This document shows, one piece after another, positions 37,648-45,774 of a stretch of DNA of 64,000 bases; position 1 is the first letter of the stretch; every line of letters begins with the position of its first letter. The stretch comes from Minisyncoccota bacterium (GTDB lineage Bacteria > Patescibacteriota > Microgenomatia > PFEM01 > JAFGMK01). The notes beneath the pieces are model-generated. The model was not told the DNA's origin. It was given only the letters and a program-made list of their open reading frames with translations, and did no database searches. Position numbers and translations under genes: made by a program. The stretch covers positions 6,105 through 70,104 of the forward strand of contig JAFGMK010000024.1 of NCBI GenBank assembly GCA_016927565.1, written 5' to 3'.

Positions 37648-38046
37648 TTACCAGCCAAAAACCTCCAGCCACTTTTGCCAATTTGGAGTTGGCAACAAGG
37701 CTTCTTCTTCTTGAGTTTGGCCTAGGTCGGGCGGCAAGACAACCACAACCTCACCCTCTTTAGCCATATTAAGTTTGTCTCTCGCCTGTTTTTCAATAAA
37801 AGCCTCAGACTCGACATGTTCTCTTTTCTGAAGCAACTCTTCCTGTTCTGCCTGCAGCCTGGCAAGCTCTTCCTGAGCCCGGCCTACTTCCTTTTCCGCC
37901 CGAAAGAGACGAAAAATATTCCGCAGCAAACCTGAGATCATTAACAAGCCCAAAAATGAAGCCAGAATTAAGCCTAATCTTTTTTTTAAAAAAGACCTTT
38001 TTTGAGGCATAATCACTCCCCCTAAGCATCCTAGCCCGCCGGCCAT
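37648..38046 (-). CDS. FtsB/DivIC-like septum-formation initiator
   Basis: N-terminal TM, a coiled-coil segment (RAEKEVGRAQEELARLQAEQEELLQKRE), then ARDKLNMAKEGEVVVV, which is typical of the FtsB/DivIC C-terminus. Confidence 0.55.
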   Translation of the reverse strand: MAGGLGCLGGVIMPQKRSFLKKRLGLILASFLGLLMISGLLRNIFRLFRAEKEVGRAQEELARLQAEQEELLQKREHVESEAFIEKQARDKLNMAKEGEVVVVLPPDLGQTQEEEALLPTPNWQKWLEVFGW

Positions 38047-38201
38047 ACCGAAGTCAATCCGACTTAACTGTTCAGACCCTGGGAAAGCTTTGCTTGTCTA
38101 CGCCGAACCACACACTTTAAGGTAAAATAAAAGACACTTCGCAGGAGTGATTTCACTTTTTTTCTCTCCCAAGTCTGAACTCTTATAACCCAACCCCACT
38201 C

Positions 38202-38230
38202 TTGACAATAGGATCTCTGACTGCTATTAT
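38202..38230 (+). promoter_or_regulatory. sigma70-like promoter for the recombinase gene, followed by tandem TTATAGGATA boxes
   Basis: TTGACA (38202-38207), a 17-nt spacer, TATTAT (38225-38230). Then ttTTATAGGATAtctTTATAGGATAcc and a GAGGAAA RBS 7 nt before the ATG at 38284. Confidence 0.5.
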
Positions 38231-38283
38231 AGGGCAGTTTTATAGGATATCTTTATAGGATACCTTCCCGAGGAAATTTTCAA

Positions 38284-39150
38284 ATGAATAGCAATCTTGA
38301 CTCGCTTGAGACTGCCCACAAAAGGCTGGTTAACCATCTAAAAAACAAGGGCCGCGCTCAGGCAACTATCCTTGCCTACCGGAAGGATATTGAACAGTTA
38401 GTCGCTTTTCTAAAAGACAAAGGCATTAGTCAGACAACTTCAGTTACTTCCGACCACATTGAAGAATTCAAAAAAAGTCTGATGGAAAAAAAATACACTG
38501 CCAAGTCGGTTTCAAGAAAGCTCAATGCCATTAAAACTTTCTTTAAATTCCTGGAAGAAGAAGGCGTCCTGCTCTTAAACCCGGCCACAGCCGTTGCCCA
38601 CCCGAAATACAAAATTAAGGCACCGCGGATTCTTTCCCAGATGGAATACCGGGCCATCCGAGACGCCGCCAGGGAAGACACTCGTATTTCCACAATAATT
38701 GAACTTTTACTTCAAACCGGAATGAGAATCGGCGAATTAGCCCGGCTGGAAACCGGCGATGCTAATGAAAAAACCTTAACCATCCGAGGCTATGAATCTC
38801 ATAAACAAAGAGACATTCCGCTGAACCGATCGGCCCGAAAAGCCCTGGAAGCCTACCTTGAAACCAGACCCAAAGTCCGCACCCGATCGTTATTTGTCAC
38901 CAAAAACGGCCGGCCGTTTTTAGTCAGAAACATCAGAAGCGCAATTGAACGCTATTTCCGTATCGCCGGTTTAGAAAATGCCAAAGTTAACGATCTCAGA
39001 CATACCTTTATTGCCCACCAATTAGGTGCCGGCAACTCCGTTGTCCTGATTCAAAAATTAGTTGGACACAAAAGACTTTCCACTACTGAAAGATATTTGG
39101 AATTCGTCGAAAGCACCTCTTCTGAAGAAGTTAAGATCAAAGAATTGTAG
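38284..39150 (+). CDS. tyrosine recombinase, XerC/XerD family
   Basis: An N-terminal SAM-like core-binding domain. The catalytic region shows R...HTFIAHQLGAGNSVVLIQKLVGHKRLSTTERY (R-H-R-Y tetrad with the terminal Tyr). Confidence 0.85.
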   Translation: MNSNLDSLETAHKRLVNHLKNKGRAQATILAYRKDIEQLVAFLKDKGISQTTSVTSDHIEEFKKSLMEKKYTAKSVSRKLNAIKTFFKFLEEEGVLLLNPATAVAHPKYKIKAPRILSQMEYRAIRDAAREDTRISTIIELLLQTGMRIGELARLETGDANEKTLTIRGYESHKQRDIPLNRSARKALEAYLETRPKVRTRSLFVTKNGRPFLVRNIRSAIERYFRIAGLENAKVNDLRHTFIAHQLGAGNSVVLIQKLVGHKRLSTTERYLEFVESTSSEEVKIKEL

Positions 39151-39194
39151 CTAAATCAAAATCTCCGAAGCCTAACCTTATCCAAAATACCCTG

Positions 39195-39266
39195 TGCGCC
39201 TGCTTGGATTCGAACCAAGAACCCTCGACTTATAAGATCGATGCTCTACCGTTGAGCTACAGGCGC
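39195..39266 (-). tRNA. tRNA-Ile with anticodon UAU (reads AUA)
   Basis: Minus-strand fold: GCGCCTG-TA-GCTC-AACGGTA-GAGC-A-TCGAT-CTTATAA-GTCGA-GGGTT-CTTGG-TTCGAAT-CCAAG-CAGGCGC-A. Anticodon loop C-T-[TAT]-A-A. No encoded CCA. Confidence 0.8.
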
Positions 39267-39295
39267 AAAGCAATTAGCGATTTCGGAACAATCAA

Positions 39296-41629
39296 TTATA
39301 ACTTGGCCCGCTGGGCAATTTCTGATTCCACTAACTGCCTGTCCTGACCGTATTTCAACCGGGAAAGATTCCTTACCATTTCCCCTACCCTGGGATCTTT
39401 CATCTTTTCCAAAGCAGCCATGTCCCGATAAAGATCAACTGAAAAAGGCGGCACCGGCTCATTCCTGACAATCGTTTTCATATAAATGTGGTAGCGCTCG
39501 ATATTCAGAAGATCGTCTTCAGCAAAAGTGGGCTGGAATTCATGAGTTAAATAAGAAGCATCATTCACTCCCACCCGAAAAGACATAATCGTTCCCACAT
39601 TTCCGAAAATGGCATTTTTAACCTCCTCATCCATCTGCCCGATAAATTGATTGGCAACGGTTAAATTCAGCCGGTATTTCCGGGCTTCTGAGAGAATCTG
39701 GGCAAAATCCGGAGTGGCAAAGTTTTGAAATTCATCAACATAAAGATAAAAATCGCGCCGCTGGTCCTCAGGAATATCCGCCCGGCTCATCGCCGCCATT
39801 AACAATTTCGGCACAAAAACCAAACCCAAAAAAGAACTGTTCTCTTCGCCGATCTTCCCTTTAGCCAAATTAATTATCAAAATCTTCCCTTCGTCCATTG
39901 CCCGCCGGAAATCAAAAGAAGACTTTGATTGGCCGATAATATTCCGCATTGTTTTATTGGTAACAAAGCGGCCGAATTTAGATACGATGTAGTCAAGCAC
40001 TTCGCTTTTATGAAAGTCTGAAGTCTGGGCAATCTGGTCGGTCCAGTAACGTTTAACCATCGGGTCTTTAACCTTAGGCAAAAGCTCCTGAACATATTTA
40101 GCATCAGTCAGGCAACGGACAATTTCGACGAAGCTGCTTCCCTCCTCACACATGACTGTCAACATGGCATTCCTGATCGCATGCTCAAACCGGGGACCGA
40201 TAATGCCGGTTTTATAAGGGTCATAAAGTTTGTACATTAAATTTATAATCGCCCCGGTAACAAAATGCTTTTGCTCTTCATTCTGAACTTCAAGCAAGTT
40301 AAAACCCATCGGCCTTTCGGTATCCGAGGGGTCAAAGTAAATTACATCCTCGGCTCTTTCCGGCGGAATAAATTCAAGCAGACTTTCCGCCAGATCATGA
40401 GGATCAATTAAGCAAATTCCTTTCCCGGCCCGAATGTCTTGAAGAATCATATCTTTTAAAAGCTCGGTTTTGCCGACCCCGGTTTTACCAATCACATAAA
40501 CATGGCGGCGGCGGTCCTTATCGCTCAGATAGACCGGCCGGCTCATTCCCCGGTAAGTCGATTTGCCGACATAAAGACCGCTCTTGGGAATCTGAACCGG
40601 CGCCGGTGCTGTTTTGGCATAAAGCCAGTGAATGTGAGGCGTTTCGACTGTTTTATTGGGAAAGTGAAAAATGGTTGCCAGCTCTTCTGAAGAAAGAATT
40701 GAGTGGCCCATTCCCATATAGACCAGCGGCATATAGCGATAAATAAAATCAATCATAAATAATTTTTTAAACCAGATCTTACTGGTTTTAAGCCCGTTCA
40801 GATTAGAGGAAAACTGCTCAAAAGAAGACTTGATGTTTTCCAGATGAGCTTCAGCCTGTTCCTCGGTGGTTGAAGAAACCACAATCCGAATCAAAGTCTC
40901 AAAACCGGGCTTACTGGTTTTACTTTCGATTGCTTCCAAAGTTTTAGCATCGACTTTAAAAGAAGCTTTTTCAACATCTGCCTCTTCCTTTTTTGTTTTG
41001 GAGATAAATGACTTGCCCGCACTCTGCCAACTGCTTCCGGCCGGAACTACATTAATTTGAATTACCGCCCCTTCTCCTTCACTCATCTTCGCCAGTGAAG
41101 TAGTAATCAGGGAAAGCGGGTCAGTTGCTAATTCTCGGTAAGACTTAAGAGGATAATAAGAATCTTTACTCAACTGAAGCTGGGCAAAGGCAACCTTCCC
41201 TTCCTGAGAAAAAATATTGTATTCAGAAACTTTCTTAAGTTCGGCAGACGGATAAGCCCCGTAAATTTGCTTTTCAATAAAATCCTGAAGATCCTTAGGA
41301 ACCGAAATGTAAAAGCGGATATCTTCGGGCCGGGCAACAATTTCAAAACAAAGGTGATTGGGAGGCTTAAGGTTTAAAAAATCGCTGCTTGTTTTAATTG
41401 AATTCAAAGACGCAAAAAACTGTTCGGCAGTATCGATTTTAGTTTCATTATTAAAAGGAACTGCCACCTGCAAAAGAACCGACTGAAGAGATCTTTCTTC
41501 CCGCTTCTGATTTCTTTTCGTCAGCAGGAAAAAATAAAGCCCAATCACCAATCCCAAAAATAAAAAGACCAGAACACCGATGACGGCAAGGAAAAGACCC
41601 AGATTGCCCGTAAGGGCTTCCATATTCAT
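39296..41629 (-). CDS. membrane-anchored P-loop NTPase of the FtsK/HerA/VirB4-TraG type (conjugation/type-IV-secretion-like ATPase)
   Basis: A single N-terminal TM helix, then about 340 aa of unknown domain, then Walker A YVIGKTGVGKT followed by ICLIDPHDL (like the HerA/TraD -DPKGE- segment) and Walker B LYVDEFQNF; 777 aa. Confidence 0.55.
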   Translation of the reverse strand: MNMEALTGNLGLFLAVIGVLVFLFLGLVIGLYFFLLTKRNQKREERSLQSVLLQVAVPFNNETKIDTAEQFFASLNSIKTSSDFLNLKPPNHLCFEIVARPEDIRFYISVPKDLQDFIEKQIYGAYPSAELKKVSEYNIFSQEGKVAFAQLQLSKDSYYPLKSYRELATDPLSLITTSLAKMSEGEGAVIQINVVPAGSSWQSAGKSFISKTKKEEADVEKASFKVDAKTLEAIESKTSKPGFETLIRIVVSSTTEEQAEAHLENIKSSFEQFSSNLNGLKTSKIWFKKLFMIDFIYRYMPLVYMGMGHSILSSEELATIFHFPNKTVETPHIHWLYAKTAPAPVQIPKSGLYVGKSTYRGMSRPVYLSDKDRRRHVYVIGKTGVGKTELLKDMILQDIRAGKGICLIDPHDLAESLLEFIPPERAEDVIYFDPSDTERPMGFNLLEVQNEEQKHFVTGAIINLMYKLYDPYKTGIIGPRFEHAIRNAMLTVMCEEGSSFVEIVRCLTDAKYVQELLPKVKDPMVKRYWTDQIAQTSDFHKSEVLDYIVSKFGRFVTNKTMRNIIGQSKSSFDFRRAMDEGKILIINLAKGKIGEENSSFLGLVFVPKLLMAAMSRADIPEDQRRDFYLYVDEFQNFATPDFAQILSEARKYRLNLTVANQFIGQMDEEVKNAIFGNVGTIMSFRVGVNDASYLTHEFQPTFAEDDLLNIERYHIYMKTIVRNEPVPPFSVDLYRDMAALEKMKDPRVGEMVRNLSRLKYGQDRQLVESEIAQRAKL

Positions 41630-41640
41630 AATAACTTATC

Positions 41641-42186
41641 TCAATTCTCGTAATCTTCTGCCGAGGAGTTCGTTGCCATCCCCGGCTTATTTTTGTAAAC
41701 TTGATTTTGATCGGCCCGGACCGCTTGGACTCGAGGTTGATTTTTAGTCTTTTTTTGTTTCGGGGGTTTTCTGTTAAAAACACCCCCCATCAACCTAATC
41801 AGACGGATACACCATTCCGCCAGCCAGCGGATAGAATCAACCATTTTATGAGTCGTTCCTTCTCTGATTTCCTCTTCGGTCAAAGGCAAAACAATTCCTG
41901 TCGCGTCATCACCGGAATTGCTGACTAAAACCTGGCCCGTTTGATCATCCGTCACCGACTGAGTAAGCCGGGTCGCCGCCCCGGGAACCGGCTGGGCCAT
42001 CTCAATTTCTCTGGGAATTTCCGGAATATCAAGCCTCTCAACTACCGGAAATTGATTCAGCCCCTTGCCGAAAACTCCTTCCACAACCTTTTGCCTCTCT
42101 TCAAGTGAAACTGGTTTTGTTTCTTTTTCTTTGTCTGTCAACGTCACAGTAAAATGAAGAACCTGATCCTGATTGTTCTTCTCCAA
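41641..42186 (-). CDS. hypothetical protein (181 aa), with an acidic N-terminus and a basic KKTKNQ tail
   Basis: ORF only. Transcribed first in the same minus-strand run, with its stop 12 nt from the ATPase start. Confidence 0.45.
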   Translation of the reverse strand: MEKNNQDQVLHFTVTLTDKEKETKPVSLEERQKVVEGVFGKGLNQFPVVERLDIPEIPREIEMAQPVPGAATRLTQSVTDDQTGQVLVSNSGDDATGIVLPLTEEEIREGTTHKMVDSIRWLAEWCIRLIRLMGGVFNRKPPKQKKTKNQPRVQAVRADQNQVYKNKPGMATNSSAEDYEN

Positions 42187-42424
42187 TTTCCCATTATATT
42201 AAACGGATAGAAGAATCACAATGAGGAACAATAAAAAAAATCAGTTTTGGTCTTGCAATTTTTCCAGAAGTTTTTTGGCGGAGGTAAATTTGCGAAACCG
42301 ATGGCGTCCTGAAACTGAACGACTCGGCTCTTTTTTTTCCCACCAAAAGGAAGTTCCGTTTTTAACCCCGTTTTTACCAGCCATACAAATAATTCTTAAT
42401 AGACTATTAAACGATAGTCAAGTA

Positions 42425-43216
42425 TCAAATAAAATCCCCGCCCACTCCCCGCAATTTAGTTTTTGGGATCATTTCTGAAATCATTTTTTTAAAAGCTTTC
42501 AACTGGGAAACAGCAAAAGGCTCTATTTCATTGAATCCAGGGTCAAGGCAGTTTTTGGGTTGAAAAGACTGAAGAACCCAGGAGAAATCTCTAATTTTCC
42601 GACCGCAACCGGCAAACAGGTTTTTTAAATCCCGAGCCATTGTCAGCAAAACCTTTTCATCATGGATGGTCGGTACTATGGTTGTCCGGAATTCAAACGG
42701 CAAGCCAGAGTCTATTATCAACCGCATAGATTCCTTAATTCCAGCGGCTAACGATCCCGGATCGTCTGCAGATTTCGATCCTGGATCGGATTGCCCCCCG
42801 GATTTAATTCCAACTACATTTTCATAATCCGAAAATGTAGTCTTATAATCCATCGCCCAAAAATCTACCAGTTTTGCCTCAAGCAATTTTTTGATGACCT
42901 CAGGCCGACTACCGTTAGTTTCTATCATTATCTTAAAACCCAAAGCTTTAACCTTAGTTGAAAACCCCAAAAGGTCTGGCTGGAGAGTCGGTTCACCACC
43001 GGTAACCGCCACACCATCAATCCATTTGCTCCGCCGCTTCAAATCCGTCAAAACAATCTTCTCGCTGTGATGTTTCAGCTTTTTACTATTGATTTTCACC
43101 AGGTCGCGATTGTGGCAAAACGGACAGGCAAAATTGCAGCCCGGGACAAAGATCACTGAAGCAATCTTGGTCGGCCACTCGATCAGAGAGGTTTTTAAAT
43201 AACCGGCAATTTTCAT
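42425..43216 (-). CDS. nrdG: anaerobic ribonucleotide reductase activating protein (radical SAM, NrdG/PflA family) carrying a 20-codon in-frame insertion
   Basis: CNFACPFCHN radical-SAM cluster motif near the N-terminus. An internal GIK-SGGQSDPGSKSADDPGSLAAG-IKESM segment is encoded by a copy of the GATCCCGGATC repeat element. Confidence 0.8.
   Translation of the reverse strand: MKIAGYLKTSLIEWPTKIASVIFVPGCNFACPFCHNRDLVKINSKKLKHHSEKIVLTDLKRRSKWIDGVAVTGGEPTLQPDLLGFSTKVKALGFKIMIETNGSRPEVIKKLLEAKLVDFWAMDYKTTFSDYENVVGIKSGGQSDPGSKSADDPGSLAAGIKESMRLIIDSGLPFEFRTTIVPTIHDEKVLLTMARDLKNLFAGCGRKIRDFSWVLQSFQPKNCLDPGFNEIEPFAVSQLKAFKKMISEMIPKTKLRGVGGDFI
42748..42808. repeat. GATCCCGGATC-family element, copy B, inside the nrdG coding sequence and flanked by an 8-bp direct repeat TTAATTCC
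   Basis: ctaaCGATCCCGGATCGtctgcagatttCGATCCTGGATCGgattgccccccggattt. TTAATTCC occurs at 42736-42743 and 42804-42811. Confidence 0.7.
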
Positions 43217-43223
43217 AAAAACT

Positions 43224-43275
43224 AATCGATCCCGGATCCTCAGGTATTTCTAATCCGGGATCTTAAATCCCCAGA
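43224..43275. repeat. GATCCCGGATC-family element, copy C
   Basis: ctaatcGATCCCGGATcctcaggtatttctaATCCGGGATCttaaatcccc, in the nrdG-nrdH intergenic region. Confidence 0.65.
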
Positions 43276-43301
43276 TTAATTTTGGACTCTATGCCTTAAT
43301 T

Positions 43302-43562
43302 TTAAAGCTTATCAAGAATCGCCGACTCTTTCGGCACTTTTCCTCGCCATTCGGCCGCTATCTTGCCTTTATCATCAACCAGAATCATCGTCGGTGTCGC
43401 CATTACCTGATAAAAAGCCCCCTCGGCCATTCCCTCAATTTTATCAACATCAAACCATTCAATTTGAATCCTGACCTGGCTTTTATTTTCCAAATCCCTG
43501 CCCAATTTTTTAGCCGGAGGACATTTAGGACAATTATTTCTGGTAAAAATTTTTAAGATCAT
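43302..43562 (-). CDS. nrdH: NrdH/glutaredoxin-like small redoxin
   Basis: 86 aa. A thioredoxin fold with CPKCP redox motif. Located between nrdD and nrdG. Confidence 0.65.
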   Translation of the reverse strand: MILKIFTRNNCPKCPPAKKLGRDLENKSQVRIQIEWFDVDKIEGMAEGAFYQVMATPTMILVDDKGKIAAEWRGKVPKESAILDKL

Positions 43563-43579
43563 AAAAAATCCTTTTTTTC

Positions 43580-45733
43580 TTAAAACCGACCCTCATTTTT
43601 GTGACGATCGTTAAGCTCTCCTATCTTACCCTTATTCCAGCGGCTGATACGGGAATAAAAACCGGTCACTCGCGTCACCCCGTCAACTTCTTCCGAGCCG
43701 CACTTAGGACAAGCATCATGAAGGCCCCGTGTTGTCGCCAGACAACAATCACAAATTGTAAATTCCGGCGAAAAGGCAATCAGACCGTTCTGGGTTTGTT
43801 CAAAGGTTTTTTTGACAAAACTCGCAATCGAAACCGGATCCGGGTTCTGTTCCCCCAACCAGAGATGACTAATGGCTCCGGCATCAATTAAAGGATGAAA
43901 AAGGCCTTCTTTGGTCACTCTTTCAATCGGATCAATATTTTCGGAAATATTCAATTGGGTCGAGTTGGTATAGTAAATATAATCATCTTCCCATCGTCCC
44001 TTAATCACTTTCCGTGATTGATCAGGATAAAAACGCTTATCCAGTTTGGCAAAGCGATAAGTCAGTCCTTCAGCCGGAGTCTGTTCCAAAACATAATCCA
44101 TCTTATCCCGCCGGCTCATTTCTTTGGCCTTCTTATTGATGGCCGCCACAATCTTCAAACCCAATTTTAAAGCCTCGTTACTTTCATGCAGCTGTTGTCC
44201 CAGACAATACTCAACTGTTTCATTCACGCCGAAAATACCTACCAGAAACTTGGCTTTTTTAAAGCGGTAATACATTTCAGGATCATCCTTTTGCCGGGTT
44301 GTCAGCGAGCCGAGAGGACCCTGAAGCCCCATCTCAAGAAGTCGTTTAATAAACCGTCTTTTCTGTTGATGGGCTTTGGCTAAAAGTTCCATTCCCTTGT
44401 CAATTTCTTTAAACAGTTTTTCCGATTTACCCTTAGCTTTGTAAGCCATCCGAGGCAGATTCAAGGAAACGTTTTGCATTGCTGAATGGCGCATCTGCCA
44501 GGGTTTTTTGGCTTCCTCGAGATCTTTTTTATTCAGATTGAAAGAAAGCCGGCAGCACTCGGAAATCCGGGCTGTTTTTCCCCGATCCAAAACAAAATAA
44601 GTGTTGCCTCTTTCAGCTGCCACCCGCGAAGCCAGCCGGAGAAACTCCTTATGACCCGGAGTGGCCCAAAATTTTTCCGTAATGTGCAAATTCGGCTTCG
44701 GCCAGAAAAAGGGCCGGCCGGCCCCGTCTCCCTCCAGGTAAATTTCAAAAATGGCTCTTAAGAAATCCTGTGATTCTTTCTCGTAGTCCTGATAATTTTT
44801 GCCGGTATAAACTCCTCCGGGGCCAATGGCCGGAGTTTTGGCAAAATGATCCGGTACTTCCCAGTAAAGGTTAATATCTGAAAAAATTGCTTGCCCCCCC
44901 CGAGCTACATTCTGCATATTAAACTCAAATAAAAGCATTTGAGCCAGCTGCCTTATCTCGGCAAAGGGCATTCCCACCAAATAAGGCGCCATAAAAAGAT
45001 TGACCGCATCAAAACCAATTGCCCCGGCAAAATGAACCTGGAGCATCGCTGCCAGCTTAATAATCTGCAGTATTAAAACCTGAGCATGCTTTGCCGGTTT
45101 GGCCACTGCCAATGACGAGGCAATGTCTAAACCATACTTCTTAACATATTCAATCGATTGACCACAGCAATAAGGCCGATCAATGAAATCGAGATCATGA
45201 AGATGTAAATCCCCCCGAGCATGAGCCTCAGCCACTTCTTGAGAAAAAACTCGACGGAGAGCGTATTCTTTTTTGATATTTCGAGCCAAAGAGAGATTGG
45301 TAGCTTCGGTATTATGAGGAACATTGGCATTAATCCGATTTTGTTCCGTCAACATTTTATGGACATCATAAATCGGGACTCCTAAACGAACGTGCTTATA
45401 GTAATATTTTTCCAAGCCTCGAGATAATAATTCAGCATTAGTCATCTCCCGAATTAAATTGGTAGAAACATGTTTAACTTTGGAGTCAACGATTTGTTTT
45501 TCCACTTCCCGGGCAATCCTCATTGCCAGATATTCATCCATCCCGGTTTCAATAATCAGCCTTTTGGCAATTTGGGTCACATCCCATTTTTTTAAAGCCT
45601 CATCAGAAGTAGAAACAAAAAACATCACATCAGTGGCCTGATGTTTTTGGGCATTAGCCAGGTATTTAGCCTGCTTTCTGGTTAAGCCGCTGCCGTTTTT
45701 GCCATTTTGATATTTATCTATTTCGCTAGGCAT
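43580..45733 (-). CDS. nrdD: anaerobic ribonucleoside-triphosphate reductase (class III large subunit), with an N-terminal ATP-cone-like region
   Basis: HLHDLDF motif, a C-terminal zinc ribbon (CDCC...CPKC), and the glycyl-radical motif TRVTGFY; 717 aa. Confidence 0.85.
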   Translation of the reverse strand: MPSEIDKYQNGKNGSGLTRKQAKYLANAQKHQATDVMFFVSTSDEALKKWDVTQIAKRLIIETGMDEYLAMRIAREVEKQIVDSKVKHVSTNLIREMTNAELLSRGLEKYYYKHVRLGVPIYDVHKMLTEQNRINANVPHNTEATNLSLARNIKKEYALRRVFSQEVAEAHARGDLHLHDLDFIDRPYCCGQSIEYVKKYGLDIASSLAVAKPAKHAQVLILQIIKLAAMLQVHFAGAIGFDAVNLFMAPYLVGMPFAEIRQLAQMLLFEFNMQNVARGGQAIFSDINLYWEVPDHFAKTPAIGPGGVYTGKNYQDYEKESQDFLRAIFEIYLEGDGAGRPFFWPKPNLHITEKFWATPGHKEFLRLASRVAAERGNTYFVLDRGKTARISECCRLSFNLNKKDLEEAKKPWQMRHSAMQNVSLNLPRMAYKAKGKSEKLFKEIDKGMELLAKAHQQKRRFIKRLLEMGLQGPLGSLTTRQKDDPEMYYRFKKAKFLVGIFGVNETVEYCLGQQLHESNEALKLGLKIVAAINKKAKEMSRRDKMDYVLEQTPAEGLTYRFAKLDKRFYPDQSRKVIKGRWEDDYIYYTNSTQLNISENIDPIERVTKEGLFHPLIDAGAISHLWLGEQNPDPVSIASFVKKTFEQTQNGLIAFSPEFTICDCCLATTRGLHDACPKCGSEEVDGVTRVTGFYSRISRWNKGKIGELNDRHKNEGRF

Positions 45734-45774
45734 ATTTTGGTTTGGACAGGGTCTGAGCCCTCATCATTTCCCAA

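Noticed and set aside
26618-43275. The GATCCCGGATC repeats considered as a CRISPR array.
   Set aside because: Copies are separated by kilobases of ordinary genes, are not evenly spaced, are partly palindromic hairpins of varying length, and no cas genes are present.
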